A stretch of DNA of 64,000 nt from Trichoplax adhaerens (GCF_000150275.1 NW_002060944.1:1536911-1600910), one strand, 5' to 3'. Positions 10,662-23,401 are shown, counted from the stretch's first letter. Numbers and translations: made by a program. The notes: generated by a model from the sequence alone, not told the origin.

Positions 10662-13600
10662 ATGTCTAGCATATTCTCCTCTTTAACTTCAAGCACTTTT
10701 GACAAATTATTAGGTAAGCGGTGAATGGAATGGATTACTAGGAGTTGACTGTAATGATCGGTTCTGCCTAAGATTACGTTTAGTACCAAGCAGCGACTTC
10801 ACATATCTAGCTTTGGCGTACAGTATTTTACGGTCAATTTGTCATCGTCGAGTGTAAATACCAATAGAATTCGATGTGGATTATATCCATTAATAATGCT
10901 ATAGTTTGAATCCATCACGGTTTTTTCAAAGTTAAGGAATGTCGGTAACTTCCTACACTATACAGTATCATATAGACTTTTTTATGACGTGAAATAATGT
11001 ACTCTTATTAAACTATCAATGTACAGTATATTGCACTGTTCTAAACGCCACAAATATTTTAGCAACCTGATAATGTCATTAATTTGTCTATCATTACAAA
11101 AATGCAATCGATTCACATGTGGTTACATTTCACATTTCATCAAAATAGATAAAGCTACCAGTCAAGTCAACCTAGATCCAGATTGGGAAACTATCCTACA
11201 AATTTGTGACTCCATCCGCCAACGAGACGTTACGTAAGCCTTTACCATGCGTTTTAGCATTACCTTGTTGAAAAATTTATGATACTAAACCAAAGAACGT
11301 CAACGATCATTCGTATAACTAGACATAGCAGTACACCTGATAATGAAATACAGTGCATCATTGTAAATGATCTTCCTTTCCCAAATGCTTTCAACGATAA
11401 ATGCTATTTGACGGTTGTTTGTATATAATTGAATAAGTACACTGCTATTCTACTGTACAGTATGTTCCAACAGCTTAATTATAATTATGAAAGCTGAAAT
11501 TTTTCGCATCTCGGCTAAATCAATCCAACACTTGTGATTTATGGATAACCCAAATTGATTGTCATAACTACTTGCCCTACTTTATAGTCAAAGCTGTCTA
11601 AAACTTGATTATAAATCGATCGAACCGATGTCATTTGAATTCTATTATTTAGACCATCTAATTTAAAGTACAGTATTACAAATGTGTTTTTCTAACTGTG
11701 TAGATAGTTATATATGTGTTTCTTTTAGTTACTACAACGTAGTTGATTCACTTATGAAACCTGTAACTAAATGTCCAACTTCTTATAATCATATTTTCAT
11801 AGGGCAAAAAATGCAGTAAGTGCTATAAAAAAGAAAATTCATGACAATAACCCTAGAATTGCCTATTTTTCGCTTGTGGTAAGATCTATACTAATGACCT
11901 AGTCAGTTATTGATACTAAAGATCATTTAATTGAACTGTACTAGACAACAGTCAGTAAGTGTATTTTTTAATTTCCTGGATCTGTCTTAAAACTAGGTCT
12001 TAGAGGCATGCGTTAAAAATTGTGGTTCACCGATTCATGACGAAATTGCCAGTAAAAACTTCCTTGATGATATCAGATCACACGTTAAGGTATTTGTTAC
12101 TACATCACGTCGACTTCGCAGATAAAGTGCAATAACACTGCCTGATTTATTAGCTAAGATTTTGCATACGTTGAATATCTCAGATAATAATCGATATCGA
12201 ATTACCTCAGTTTTTCGTTTCTTCACTGTTTAGTAATGTCAAAACGTATGCGTGTGCTAATGTAGTCATGAAAATTTTTATGAAAGGCTAAATAAGTAAT
12301 TGTTAATATTCTTAATATCGGTAGATAGCTCCAGAAAATGTGAAAGACAAGATTTTAGAATTAGTACAGAGTTGGTCGAGAGCTTTCGCTAACAGTCCTT
12401 CATATACATCATTTCAAGATACGTATAATATAATGAAGATGGAAGGTTTGTAAGCCGTAGTATCTCATGAGAAGAAACGTTTGAACTAACGTATTTTTTA
12501 AATATTTACACGATTAAATTATATAGGTCACAATTTTCCTCCTGTTAAGGAGACAGACGTAATGTTCACATCAGAAAAGGTAAGTACAAGCAAGAGATAT
12601 GATACTTCGGTTAGTTTCTTGTAAATCAAAAATACCGCAATTACACACTAGAAAATGCAAAAACGAAGAACTTGTTATGGAAATAGCGATTCTGTTAATA
12701 CTTTTATCTTCATCTCTATTAGGCTCCAGAATGGACTGATGGTGATGAATGCCATTTGTGTCACGTCAACTTTAGTCTAATTCAAAGGAAGGTTAGTTAA
12801 GGAATGTTTATATCGCAGCTACCGCTACCGCCGGTGCTTTTAAATTAAATTAGAATTTACATTTTCGTGTAGCATCACTGTCGAAAGTGCGGTCAAGTCT
12901 TTTGTGGCCAGTGTTCATCCAAATCATCAACAATCCCACAATTTGGTATTGAGCGCGAAGTACGTGTTTGTGACCATTGCTACAATCAGCTTAAGTCGAA
13001 ACTTTCTGATCCGGCTGAGAATGCGTCGCCAACGGTTCAATCATCGGAGGATTTACCAGCAGAATATTTGAATAGCGCCTTATACAAGGAATCTCAGGCA
13101 GCTACGCAACCTAGGAATGACAAAGATCTTAGACTGCAAGAAGAAGATGATTTACAGCTAGCACTGGCCATGTCATTAAATGAAATCGATAATAAGAGCC
13201 ACGTGCAGGCCTCGCCTTCTGTAAGCTCGTCATCACCGTCTATGGTGATACCAAAGAATTCATCAGAGAATAGCTTCGACAAAGCTGTATCATCCGCTTC
13301 AGCCCCTGCTGTTAGTGAACCTGAGGAACTTGATCCTGAACTAGCTCGTTATCTGAACCGATCTTATTGGGAAACTCGAAAGGAAGAGAATGAAGCAAAA
13401 GTTACCAAATCTAAATCCCGATCTACCACTTCTACGAAATCCACTGCGGTAAATCCAGTGTCCACGAAAAGTGCAAATGATGAAAATAACGCTCCAGTTA
13501 TTCAAGAAAGTCTTACACGAAGTGTAAATCCAGAGCCGGAAATTGATGGAGATACTGTTTTTTTACAGACCTTTGTGTCTTCTTTGCAGCTATTTAAAGA

Positions 13601-14849
13601 GCGATTGGAAAAGGCTTCAACGGAGGGCAGAAGTATTGTTATTGATGCGTCTATTCAATCACTATTTCAATCGCTTACAGCCATGCATCCACAGCTGCTA
13701 AAAATTAGTGATGAAACTGACCTATGGAAGGCAGAATACGAAAGTATAATGTTAAAATTGAAAAAAGTAGAAGATGCTCGAACACATTTAAGTGAAAGGC
13801 GAGCACAGTATCAAGAAAGCTTACGTGAACAGGAACGCCGACAAATGGAATTTCGACGTATACAAATGGAGGAAAAATTGGCACTTCGCAGGCGCCAGAA
13901 AGAGCAATACTTACGTTATCAACATGAAATGGAAAATGAACGCCAGAAAGCTGAAGAACAGCAACGCCTACAGCAATTGCAATTTAGTCAGCAGATGCAT
14001 AACCAGTACATAAATAGATTTCAACCTTCGTTTAATCAGAATCCTAATACTAACAACAGTATTGTAAACCAAGGGTATAATACAACCGGTAGCTTTGTAC
14101 CGCAGCAGCTACCAGCTACTCATCAAGCTTTAAATTCTAATCAACAATTTAGCAACAAGGAAGGATCTTTTAATCAAAATCGGCAAGTGCCTCAATCTTT
14201 TAATGCAACAGATATTGCAACATCCCAAAATTCAGGATTACCAAGTGCCGGACCGATACAGCAGCCTAGTTCACAACTTCCCGTCAATTCTAATCAGACG
14301 TATGGCTATTCAGATGCGTCCTTTAATCAAAATCGTCAGCAACTACCGCCTTTGAATCCTGTGGACACATCAGTCAATCAATTGCCGATCCCTCCTGGTA
14401 GTAATGTCGCTCAACAGCAGCCAACACAGCCCGTACAGCAATATAATTTGCAACCTGGTCAAAATTTTGCTTCAGGACCGTTATACCAAAATCAATCGCA
14501 AACTAGTTACCAATCAAACCTTACTAGCTCTCAATCGTCCGCAACGCCTCAAAGTCAACAAAATTATATGCCATCTAATTCTAATCAAATACAACAATTC
14601 TCAAATCAACAGCCACCGCAGAATCCTCAACAACAGTTTTCTCCGTCTGCGATAACTCAAGTCCCTCAATCAAACATGATGCAAACATCGCCACAACAAA
14701 CCTATGGCAATGTCCCGCCGCCAATTACAGAACAAAACAATCTGCCGTTAGGTTACGGAGCTCAGTCTGTGCAGGGAATGCAATATTCACAACCTCAACA
14801 GAACGTATCACAAACTTCTGAAATGCAACCATTAATTGTTTTTGACTAG
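10662..14849 (+). CDS. HGS: Hepatocyte growth factor-regulated tyrosine kinase substrate (Hrs/Vps27, ESCRT-0): VHS, FYVE, UIM, coiled coil, Q/P-rich tail, clathrin box
   Basis: Exons encode [32 protein letters not shown] (VHS), [32 protein letters not shown]...[19 protein letters not shown]...[42 protein letters not shown], and C-terminal LIVFD (human LISFD). The last large exon starts at ~12873. Confidence 0.96.
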
Positions 14850-16121
14850 GTTAAAAGAACTTGTATAATTGCTTGTAATTAAAGATAGAAATTATTAACA
14901 TTGCTAGCAATATGTTTGTCGCTTAAATGGCTTTTCTGATTTAATGGTAGTTAGGAATGTTACTTTAGAGTCATGAAATTGATAGCAATATTCAGTACTG
15001 AAAATTCTTCATTAATCTCTAACCATTAAATGTATCTATAATGATATCTACTGCTATTTACTGTTATGTAGACCGTAACATATAATTAAATTTTAGATTG
15101 AATTAAAGTCTATTGTATTTATCGTACTAACCTTTTATGACTGCGTTTTTAGAATAATTTAAGACGATAAATAGCAAAAAATACCTAAATTGTCTATAAA
15201 AATCTAAAGTAAAGGTGTAAATCTTGTATCAATAAAATACTTCAAATTTAGTAAAAATGTGGGATACGTTGTATTTACCTGCTTTGAATGATTATAAACC
15301 ACAAAGATTCCAGCCCATACTACCCCAGAGTTAAGACTTCTAATATTAAGGATGAACTCAGAAGCAGCAGTTTGAAATAAAGTAAAATTCAAAAGGACGA
15401 TTTTTTAAGGTTTCTTGAATTTCCCGTTTATTTTCCCATAATTATAATAAATGAAGTAATTAGAAAGTATTGCCGATTACTTCACGATAGTTTCATTTAT
15501 ACTAGTACTGAAGCTACGTAGTCAGACTTTTAGTAGCAATACATATAGTACATGCAAATGTAATAATATGAATGTATACTGAGGCCTGTAGTTTGTAACT
15601 TCCTGCATTTGTTACTGTAGGCTGTGCTATATTGACAAGTACACTTCTGCATGCTTCCGCGCAATTTTTCATTTATATTATGAAGCCGTAAGGAGAAATC
15701 TTTATAGTCACACATTTTTATTGTCGTTTCGTACCGATAGAGTTTTACGTCTACGTTTCTGCTAATTGATCTATTTTATTTAATTTTTTGCTTACATCAT
15801 ACTTTCATGATGAGTCTTAAGAAGTATATTACAAAAACTATTAATGAATGCATATAATATACATATTATATTCGTATATTATCGATTTATGGATGGACTG
15901 CACAAATATAATGCATACATCAAATCTAGTCCTGTCATGACCAATACAAGTGAATCATTTAATAAGCAATAAACTGTCATATATTTCCAGTACTGATTGA
16001 ATTTACTATGCATAATATGAGCGACTTTAAACACGTATTCTTAATGAGTATTGCCTGTTGATTATGTACAAAAGTAAGCATGAATAGAGAAATTTATCAC
16101 CTATTATTCAGGTAACTGATT

Positions 16122-17177
16122 TCACCAACTTTGATTTATTACAACAGGCATGTAATTAGGTGTATAAAGAACAGTTTTATACCGAACAGAACTACTTTTG
16201 ACTCGTTGTAGAGCTACGGTGCAATTAATCTCATTCATTTCTAAAAGCTCTGTTTGTGAGACAATATTTTTTTCTGCGGCAAACTCCAACGCTTTCATTA
16301 CAGTTAATGGTGAACTTACGGCAACACCTATGACACGTTTACTTTCAGATATTAAATATGAACTGTTAATAATAATAGGTTTATCTGGATGGCCTAATAT
16401 GGCCAATGTACCACCAGGCTGGAGTAAAGATATAAAGAAATCATAATCCTTCAATGCGACTGGTGATGTAATGAGAATGCAATCCATCTTTGGTGCTCTT
16501 GTTAATAATTCTTCATCACCAACGTCATAAAACTCTTGAGCACCAAATTTTAACGCATCCTGAGACTTCTCTAATTTGGTGGATAATGCAATCACTTTAC
16601 AACCCCAGGCTCTCGCATACTGTACTGCTAGATGACCGATTCCACCAATTCCTAAGACACCAACACGATTTCCAGGCTGAATACCAGCATCACAAAGAGC
16701 CGAATAAGCAATGGATCCTGTAAATAGAATAGGTGCTGCCGCAATAGAACTCATAGTCTTTGGGATTGGGTAAACATATCGAGCATCCCAGACAACACCA
16801 TCAGCAAATCCTCCATAAGCAATTTTAGAATTTGCGGACGTATCTGAAGTGCTATCTTCGTATGATAGTGTGCTGGTTGGTTGTTCAAATTTTGTATAAT
16901 AATCATCATTAAAAAAACCCATCCCAACACGCATTCCAGGCTTAATTCCTTCCACATCTGATCCTACAGCGACGACACTGCCGACAATTTCATGTCCTGG
17001 TACTTGACCTTCACGTACTAGTAAATCTAATTTTCCTACGGAACAGCACTCAATCTTAACAAAGCAATCGCTAGGCTGTAGTGGCGGCACTTCTATTTTT
17101 TCAATGTTGAATAGATATGCTTCAGTATCTCGTAACTGATAAGATGTAATAACGCCCAAAGAATTCAGAAAAACCAT
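16122..17177 (-). CDS. Intronless medium-chain dehydrogenase/reductase, CAD/YahK-like, lacking zinc ligands (copy A)
   Basis: 351-aa ORF with PGHEIVG, GMRVGMG, GGFADGVVWDARYVYPIP, Rossmann GIGGIGH and C-terminal VRYKTVL. Confidence 0.88.
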   Translation of the reverse strand: MVFLNSLGVITSYQLRDTEAYLFNIEKIEVPPLQPSDCFVKIECCSVGKLDLLVREGQVPGHEIVGSVVAVGSDVEGIKPGMRVGMGFFNDDYYTKFEQPTSTLSYEDSTSDTSANSKIAYGGFADGVVWDARYVYPIPKTMSSIAAAPILFTGSIAYSALCDAGIQPGNRVGVLGIGGIGHLAVQYARAWGCKVIALSTKLEKSQDALKFGAQEFYDVGDEELLTRAPKMDCILITSPVALKDYDFFISLLQPGGTLAILGHPDKPIIINSSYLISESKRVIGVAVSSPLTVMKALEFAAEKNIVSQTELLEMNEINCTVALQRVKSSSVRYKTVLYTPNYMPVVINQSW

Positions 17178-19756
17178 AACGAAATAACGAAATATAGTAC
17201 TCTTAATTAGTTAAAGAAATCGAAGACCACTATGTATTTACATATAGCTTCGTTGTTAATGAAATGTTGACGATGAAAAGAAACCGTTCTTTATCTATTT
17301 ATAGTTAATAATACTGTATAATCGCGATAGTCCACATATCTGCAGCCGTTGTTATGACAACAACATTATTGTCTTTATCTTATTCACATCCAGATTAGGC
17401 ATTAGTTAACATTATACTGTACAGCGGTAACCCCCCTTACCTACATAGACAACACTTAAAAACTCTTATAGGTACAATATTAGGAATAGAAACCGTAATC
17501 AATTTTTAAAGCTGATTATATTAATTATCCGTTCCCTTAGAACTAGCTACGGAGTTGATGTTTAATAATATAATCTCTTTATTTTTACTTATCTGCAAAC
17601 CTAGTAGTTACTCTGTAGAGACAAGAAAATACAAACAATAGAATACTAACTTATCCCTTATGAGTCTATAATATTATCGTACCTACCCCGTTACCAAAAT
17701 CAGATACTATCTAGTTAAAAATGTGCTTCATTTCCATTATATTATCCAAGGGTTAAAGTTGTACAGCATCATGCTAGTAAATTGAGTTCATACGGATAGC
17801 ATACTGTATATAAGTCTTAATCGAATTGGCGCACTGTTGCTTCTAAGGAAAAATTTTATGAATTCTTTAGTGTTTTGCACCATAACTCAAGTATAAGCTC
17901 AGTAATAGAAGTCTTAAGCCTGATCATTAGAAGATCAGGCACATAAAATATTATTCAGGTTGATCTAGATTGTTTTTAGTATCCAATCTTATTTCGAATT
18001 AATTTAAACACTCTAGCTTTAATATTGATTTCTTTAATACCGATTTATGTTTATAACTAATCTTTTGGTTTAATACTAGCTGTCGTAGTTTAGATAGAGA
18101 GTAACTGATTACTAGCAAGCTGCATAGGGGCATTTGATTCGTTGTATTTATTTTCATGGCATAAGCCAATAAATATAAACATAATAAGACATTACCATGA
18201 TTGTCGATTATCTAATACTGGCGTATATGATATTCGTCCATAACTAATTATTGCAGAGACAATAAATAATAAATAAAAAGTTTATGACATCTTTTACGCA
18301 ACTCCTACTCCTATACTAGTCCTGTCAACAAACTAAACAAAATTTTTGAGAAGGTACTGGTATATAACATATATATAGTTAGCCGGCTCGTATATCATAT
18401 CATAGCAATATATGACCAAAATTACGTTCTAAATAACGTAAACACTAAAAATGTCAGATAGAAGATTACCAAACTGCTTAATGAAACATGATATTCATTC
18501 AATTACTTCACTCGAAACCTAAACGAATCTAAACATAATTTACTTAAGTTATGGTATCAGATATGTGATGATAATGCTTCTATTTGGCATGTTGCAATCT
18601 TATGACATTGGACACAATGCATTACCGTTTCATTCTATATCTAATTAGATTAGACATTTGACATAATTATGAAATTATGTACCAAAGTTGTTTCTCTTTA
18701 TGTTTATTGATTACTTCTACTGTATTCAATATCTTCATCCAAAGAGATTCTTATCTATCAGTATTTTACTGTTAATCAATTCGTAACTTCAAAAAATATT
18801 CGAAGACTTTATTATGAAATAGTAAACCGTAATCATATAAAATATAAAAGCTTAAATGATTGTTTTTTATTGCTTTTAAAAATAATTTCCGCTTCCGTAA
18901 GGAGAGATCGATTAGCTGTCGAAATAGCTCACTATCTGTGGTTTTACTTAGGGCCAATATTAAGTTATTTTCCTTGCACAATTTTACACACATAATCCCA
19001 TGTATTTGGTTTACTGCTTTTCGATTATCATATTACAATCTACAATTTTATCGCTCATATTGTAAAGAAAGATTGTGCGTTAAATAAAGAATAAAAAATG
19101 TCTAGTTTAATTTTGATATTCTATGGCGTCTATTAACGTTATATCAGTATTGCAAAATAATAAGAGAAAAATTGAATCTTTATTACCCTTATTTACGTTT
19201 ATCTGCATTAGCTCACCAAGCAGCTTAACAAACATGTAATCTTCGCTAAATACTCTCTCTCAAAAATAAGCAAGAAATTATAACTCTGAATTTACACATT
19301 ACAGGAGCTAGTCTTAAAGTAGTTTGGCTAGTAGAACATATGGCAACAGACTAGAAACATTGTTTATCGCTGCTCTCAATTTGTTATGAAAGGCAGTCAA
19401 GCTTAAGCTGAAAATATAGCTTAATTGCTCTTGTAAGAACTGGCTTAATAAAAATTTAGACCTAAATACAATGACGTGGCTATTTTTAATATTTTATGCT
19501 ACTTTTAAAATTTCACAATTTAATTACACCAGTCATTTACTGAATAATAACTGTATCACTTAAATACAGGCTCAAATGTTATTTATAGTAAATGTACATG
19601 TATTTGTATTTTATTTTAATTGGACTTCATATTCTTAACAAAGTAAAAGGTACTATTACTTACTTAAAGGATAGATCTAAGAACAGAATTTCGATTTGAT
19701 CAATGAATTTCGTAAATACCATCGCTTTAAAATTACTAGAGACTCAATAGAAAGAC

Positions 19757-20845
19757 TTAGTTATCTTTATAATCTTCATGGCTAGATCCTTCTTCCTCTA
19801 TTTCATGGTCACCCTCCACTGAATTATCAGGTGTATCCAATTTTAAATTTTTTAATACAATCCGATAACGAGCCAAATTTCTTCCAATACGTTGAAATGC
19901 AGTCTGGCAATTTTCAGTATTCATTTCCATCAGCTCTATCTCTGCTTTAATATTATGTACAGCAACAAATTCTATCATAGAGCGTATACATTCAGGTGAC
20001 GCTGCTATTGATCCAATTAAACTAATTTTTTTATTTATTATCAAATTACCATCCACAGTCATTGGAAAAGGTACAGCACCCAACATAATAAACTTGCCGT
20101 AAGGATTTAGTAATTTTAAGAGATTATTCCAATCTATTGGTACTGATACTGTACTGAAAATAGCATCGAGTTGTCCAATACTTTCTAATGTTTCACGATT
20201 AGCCGAAATAGTCATAAATTCATCTGCACCAAAATTCAATGCTTCTTCTTTCTTGTTCAAACTGCTAGATATCGCTATAACATAGCATCCCCAAGCCTTA
20301 GCAAATTTTATTGCCAGGTGACCAAGTCCGCCAATTCCCACTATTCCAATACGACTAGTAGGCATAATGCTTAATTCTTTCAGTGGAGCATAAACTGAAG
20401 CACCTGCAGTTAATAATGGTGCTATCTCAGCAGAAGGTATCTCTTCTGGAATTGTATAGACAAAACGAGCATCCCAGATAATGTATTCACCAAAGCCACC
20501 CAGCAGCGCATCTTTAAAACTTTTTTTATCAGGACACAAGTTTTCACGATTAGACTCACAAAATTTACAAGCATGGCAAGAAGAAAGCTGCCAGCCAACC
20601 CCCACCCTCGTACCAGCTTCCAAATTTTTTACGAGAAGTCCAACATCTTCAATTATACCAACTACTTCATGTCCAGGAACGGTGCCAGCTGAGGCAAGGA
20701 GATCAGTATGTGATACACCGCAATATTCGACTCTAATTAAACAGTCGTATTCTTCTAACTCGGGAAATTCGCTTTCAATTTTTGTAAAAGTGAATTCGTC
20801 ATTATCGGCTATCATAAACGCATTAAATTTATATGGCACTGACAT
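19757..20845 (-). CDS. Intronless medium-chain dehydrogenase/reductase, CAD/YahK-like, probably NADPH-preferring (copy B)
   Basis: 362-aa ORF with YCGVSHTD, PGHEVVG, structural-Zn motif CHACKFC-x7-C, GIGGLGH, ISSSLNKK (no acidic residue after strand beta-B) and ARYRIVL. Confidence 0.92.
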   Translation of the reverse strand: MSVPYKFNAFMIADNDEFTFTKIESEFPELEEYDCLIRVEYCGVSHTDLLASAGTVPGHEVVGIIEDVGLLVKNLEAGTRVGVGWQLSSCHACKFCESNRENLCPDKKSFKDALLGGFGEYIIWDARFVYTIPEEIPSAEIAPLLTAGASVYAPLKELSIMPTSRIGIVGIGGLGHLAIKFAKAWGCYVIAISSSLNKKEEALNFGADEFMTISANRETLESIGQLDAIFSTVSVPIDWNNLLKLLNPYGKFIMLGAVPFPMTVDGNLIINKKISLIGSIAASPECIRSMIEFVAVHNIKAEIELMEMNTENCQTAFQRIGRNLARYRIVLKNLKLDTPDNSVEGDHEIEEEGSSHEDYKDN

Positions 20846-21540
20846 AATGGACGTTAACTTATCGAAACGTTTTCCTAAACTAGTTTAGCTTTAACTTTAT
20901 ACCTACAATGTATTAAATTTAAGAGAGTAAGTTTAACTCAAGCATGAATGAGAGCTAAATTTTCTTCTAGCTCCAAAAATTGCTGATATTTATAAACTAG
21001 TATGACACTTTCTAAATAATAACGAAAGTAAATGAATGTATTAATGCAAGAAAAGCAGTAAAATATATTTTACAAATTTTTTACCGGAATGAAGATATAA
21101 TTTATCAAATTACAACGTATTGCCAAATCTACCGAATTATCATTTACAGGCACAATGGTTCACTATCATAGGCTTGACCTCTCTTGTACACCATGCAAGG
21201 CTTTTTAATGGCAAATATGCATGAAAAGATTCAGGATGTTTACTATACTATGTATTACTTATTATAAATTATCAACCAAATTTTCTTGAGATTCGGTAGA
21301 AAATCTCCTATAATAAATTAATAAACACATCAATAACCAGTAACTTCAAATGATGTTATACTGTACAGTAGTTTACCGTTCAAATTCCTCATCAATTTTA
21401 TTATAATACATCTTAGGGTTTATTTCACGTTGTCATGGCAACGATCTAGACTTAAACTCATGCGTAAACTAGTCAGATACTGTACTTTGCTCATGCTATC
21501 TTACTGAAAAATTGAGTTGCACACAAGCATTAACGATCTC

Positions 21541-21770
21541 AAAAATGTAAAGTATTATATTAATGCGTTACTATTGTATTGATATTTGAGAATATTAATG
21601 TAGTAAGTCTGACGTAGACCGCTTGATTAATTAGCCAAAGTACCGTAGAGTAGACCGTCGTAAAATGTAAAGCAAAATATGCGTGTTAATACGTTACTAT
21701 TCATCGATAATTTAGAAACATTAAGGCAGTAAATCTGATGTCAAGCAATATATTGATTAATCGAAGTACC
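21541..21770. repeat. Diverged two-copy tandem duplication (~120 bp period)
   Basis: AAAATGTAAAG...TTAAT.CGTTACTATT...GTAA.TCTGA...TTGATTAAT...AAGTACC occurs at ~21541 and again at ~21661. Confidence 0.7.
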
Positions 21771-23303
21771 TGAGTCTTCAACGCAATCCTCTAATAAGCA
21801 TTCAATATACAGTTACCAAAGCGATCGTTAAACAGTAAAATAAGAATTTTGTAAAGATTTATTCGATACTTTACAGTCCATTTCGTCAGTAGGTGTACCG
21901 GAGTGGCCGCAATAAATAAGTGTATTAACGTGAAAGTTGTAATGTAGATATACGAGCTCGTACTACTTGGCAGCGTATTTCATAAATTTCTGTGCATGTT
22001 TTATATTCAACTTTACTAAAAATTAGATCATGATGAAAGAGTTAACGAGTTAATGAGAAATAATGTTGGAAGCCATTCATTCTTTTTATTAATAAGGTAG
22101 TGAGCTAATTAAATTAGAGGGCAGATTCGCGTTATGTATGTTTTAGGTCATCGAGAAAATAATTAACTGTTAATTAGTAATCGTACTTACAATGTCGACT
22201 GATCAACAAAATTTTACAAAAATATTTACACATCCTTATTGAAGCAGCCGTTATTCTAGACTTCAATAATGGAATAACGTGACAAATTGGTTCATCAACT
22301 TTTCGTAGCGTGATATATAAAGCCTGCTTTATCTCATCAATAAATGAGCATCTGCATTCTAGTGCTTATGATACATGTTACTATATTGAATAGATTCAAA
22401 ATTCTTCAAAATATTATGCTTGCGAGCTGCATTATTTTTAATACATTTACTTGTATTCTGATGACCACCGATATCTACTGTATACGATTCTTATTTATGA
22501 ATCTGAGGTGATACATAAAGTAGGCTTAAATATAGCATTCTTGGTGTTACAGACTGCGATCCAATAGATGAACCTGTGATCCCTTTTTTGTTGGATAAGT
22601 AACTTAAGAACGTTAGCGAGCTCATTCGATACACAAATTAGAACGAATTTACGAACGAAATACCAACAACCCTTATATAAGTCTCTTACTCAATGAGGCT
22701 CAATAACAAGAACTAGAATTATAACTAAAAGTATTAATTTTTTTAGCCAATCTTCATCTTTCGTAGCCACAAATCCATTAGTATCAATGAGATAGACTTT
22801 ATTTTCATCGTAAGTGCTGTTTAATGAAGAATCAGCTCAATAAACTTAGGCCTTGGTGAGTATAATACTGAGCTGACCAACACTGCCAACACCTACAACA
22901 CTAGCACAACTATGAAGTTAATTAGCATATAAGCGGAGCACAACTGTAATTCGACATATAATAACGGATCCGTGTAGGAGACATAAAATTTCAGGGTAGG
23001 TGTACATGAAAGAAAGCGATGAGCCTTAGCTATGAGTATATAATTTAATATATAATCGGCAAATCCATCTATTAAATCATTCATAAAATTATCAATACTT
23101 AGAATAGTATTTTGCCAACCATTATTGTTACAGGGATCCTATTTTTTAAGAGCCAAATCTGAAATGTTGTCAAACTGTTATATTTATTATTGTTAATCAT
23201 TATACCGTTATTAATAGACTACTTTACTTTAAATTTTTCTGCATAATTTCCAATTGCAAAAGCTTCACTTCTACATGATTGATCGAAAATTTTCCTTACA
23301 AGA

Positions 23304-23401
23304 TTGTACGATATAGAATACTTTGTGAAGTTTGTCAGAGTGTCATGCTGATGTACAGAGTGCATCTGTATGACAAACTTCAAAGTATTCTATATTCACA
23401 A
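23304..23401. repeat. Near-perfect fold-back inverted repeat (hairpin)
   Basis: ATATAGAATACTTT(GT)GAAGTTTGTCA at 23311-23337 pairs with TGACAAACTTCAAAGTATTCTATAT at 23371-23395. The inner GATGTAC-aga-GTGCATC extends the stem. Confidence 0.85.

Noticed and set aside
20481-20888. Antisense or alternate-frame ORFs over the MDRs, HGS, Axin, biotinidase and SLC38A10 (e.g. 20481..20888, 47422..47739)
   Set aside because: They are shadows of real coding sequence on the opposite strand or in another frame.
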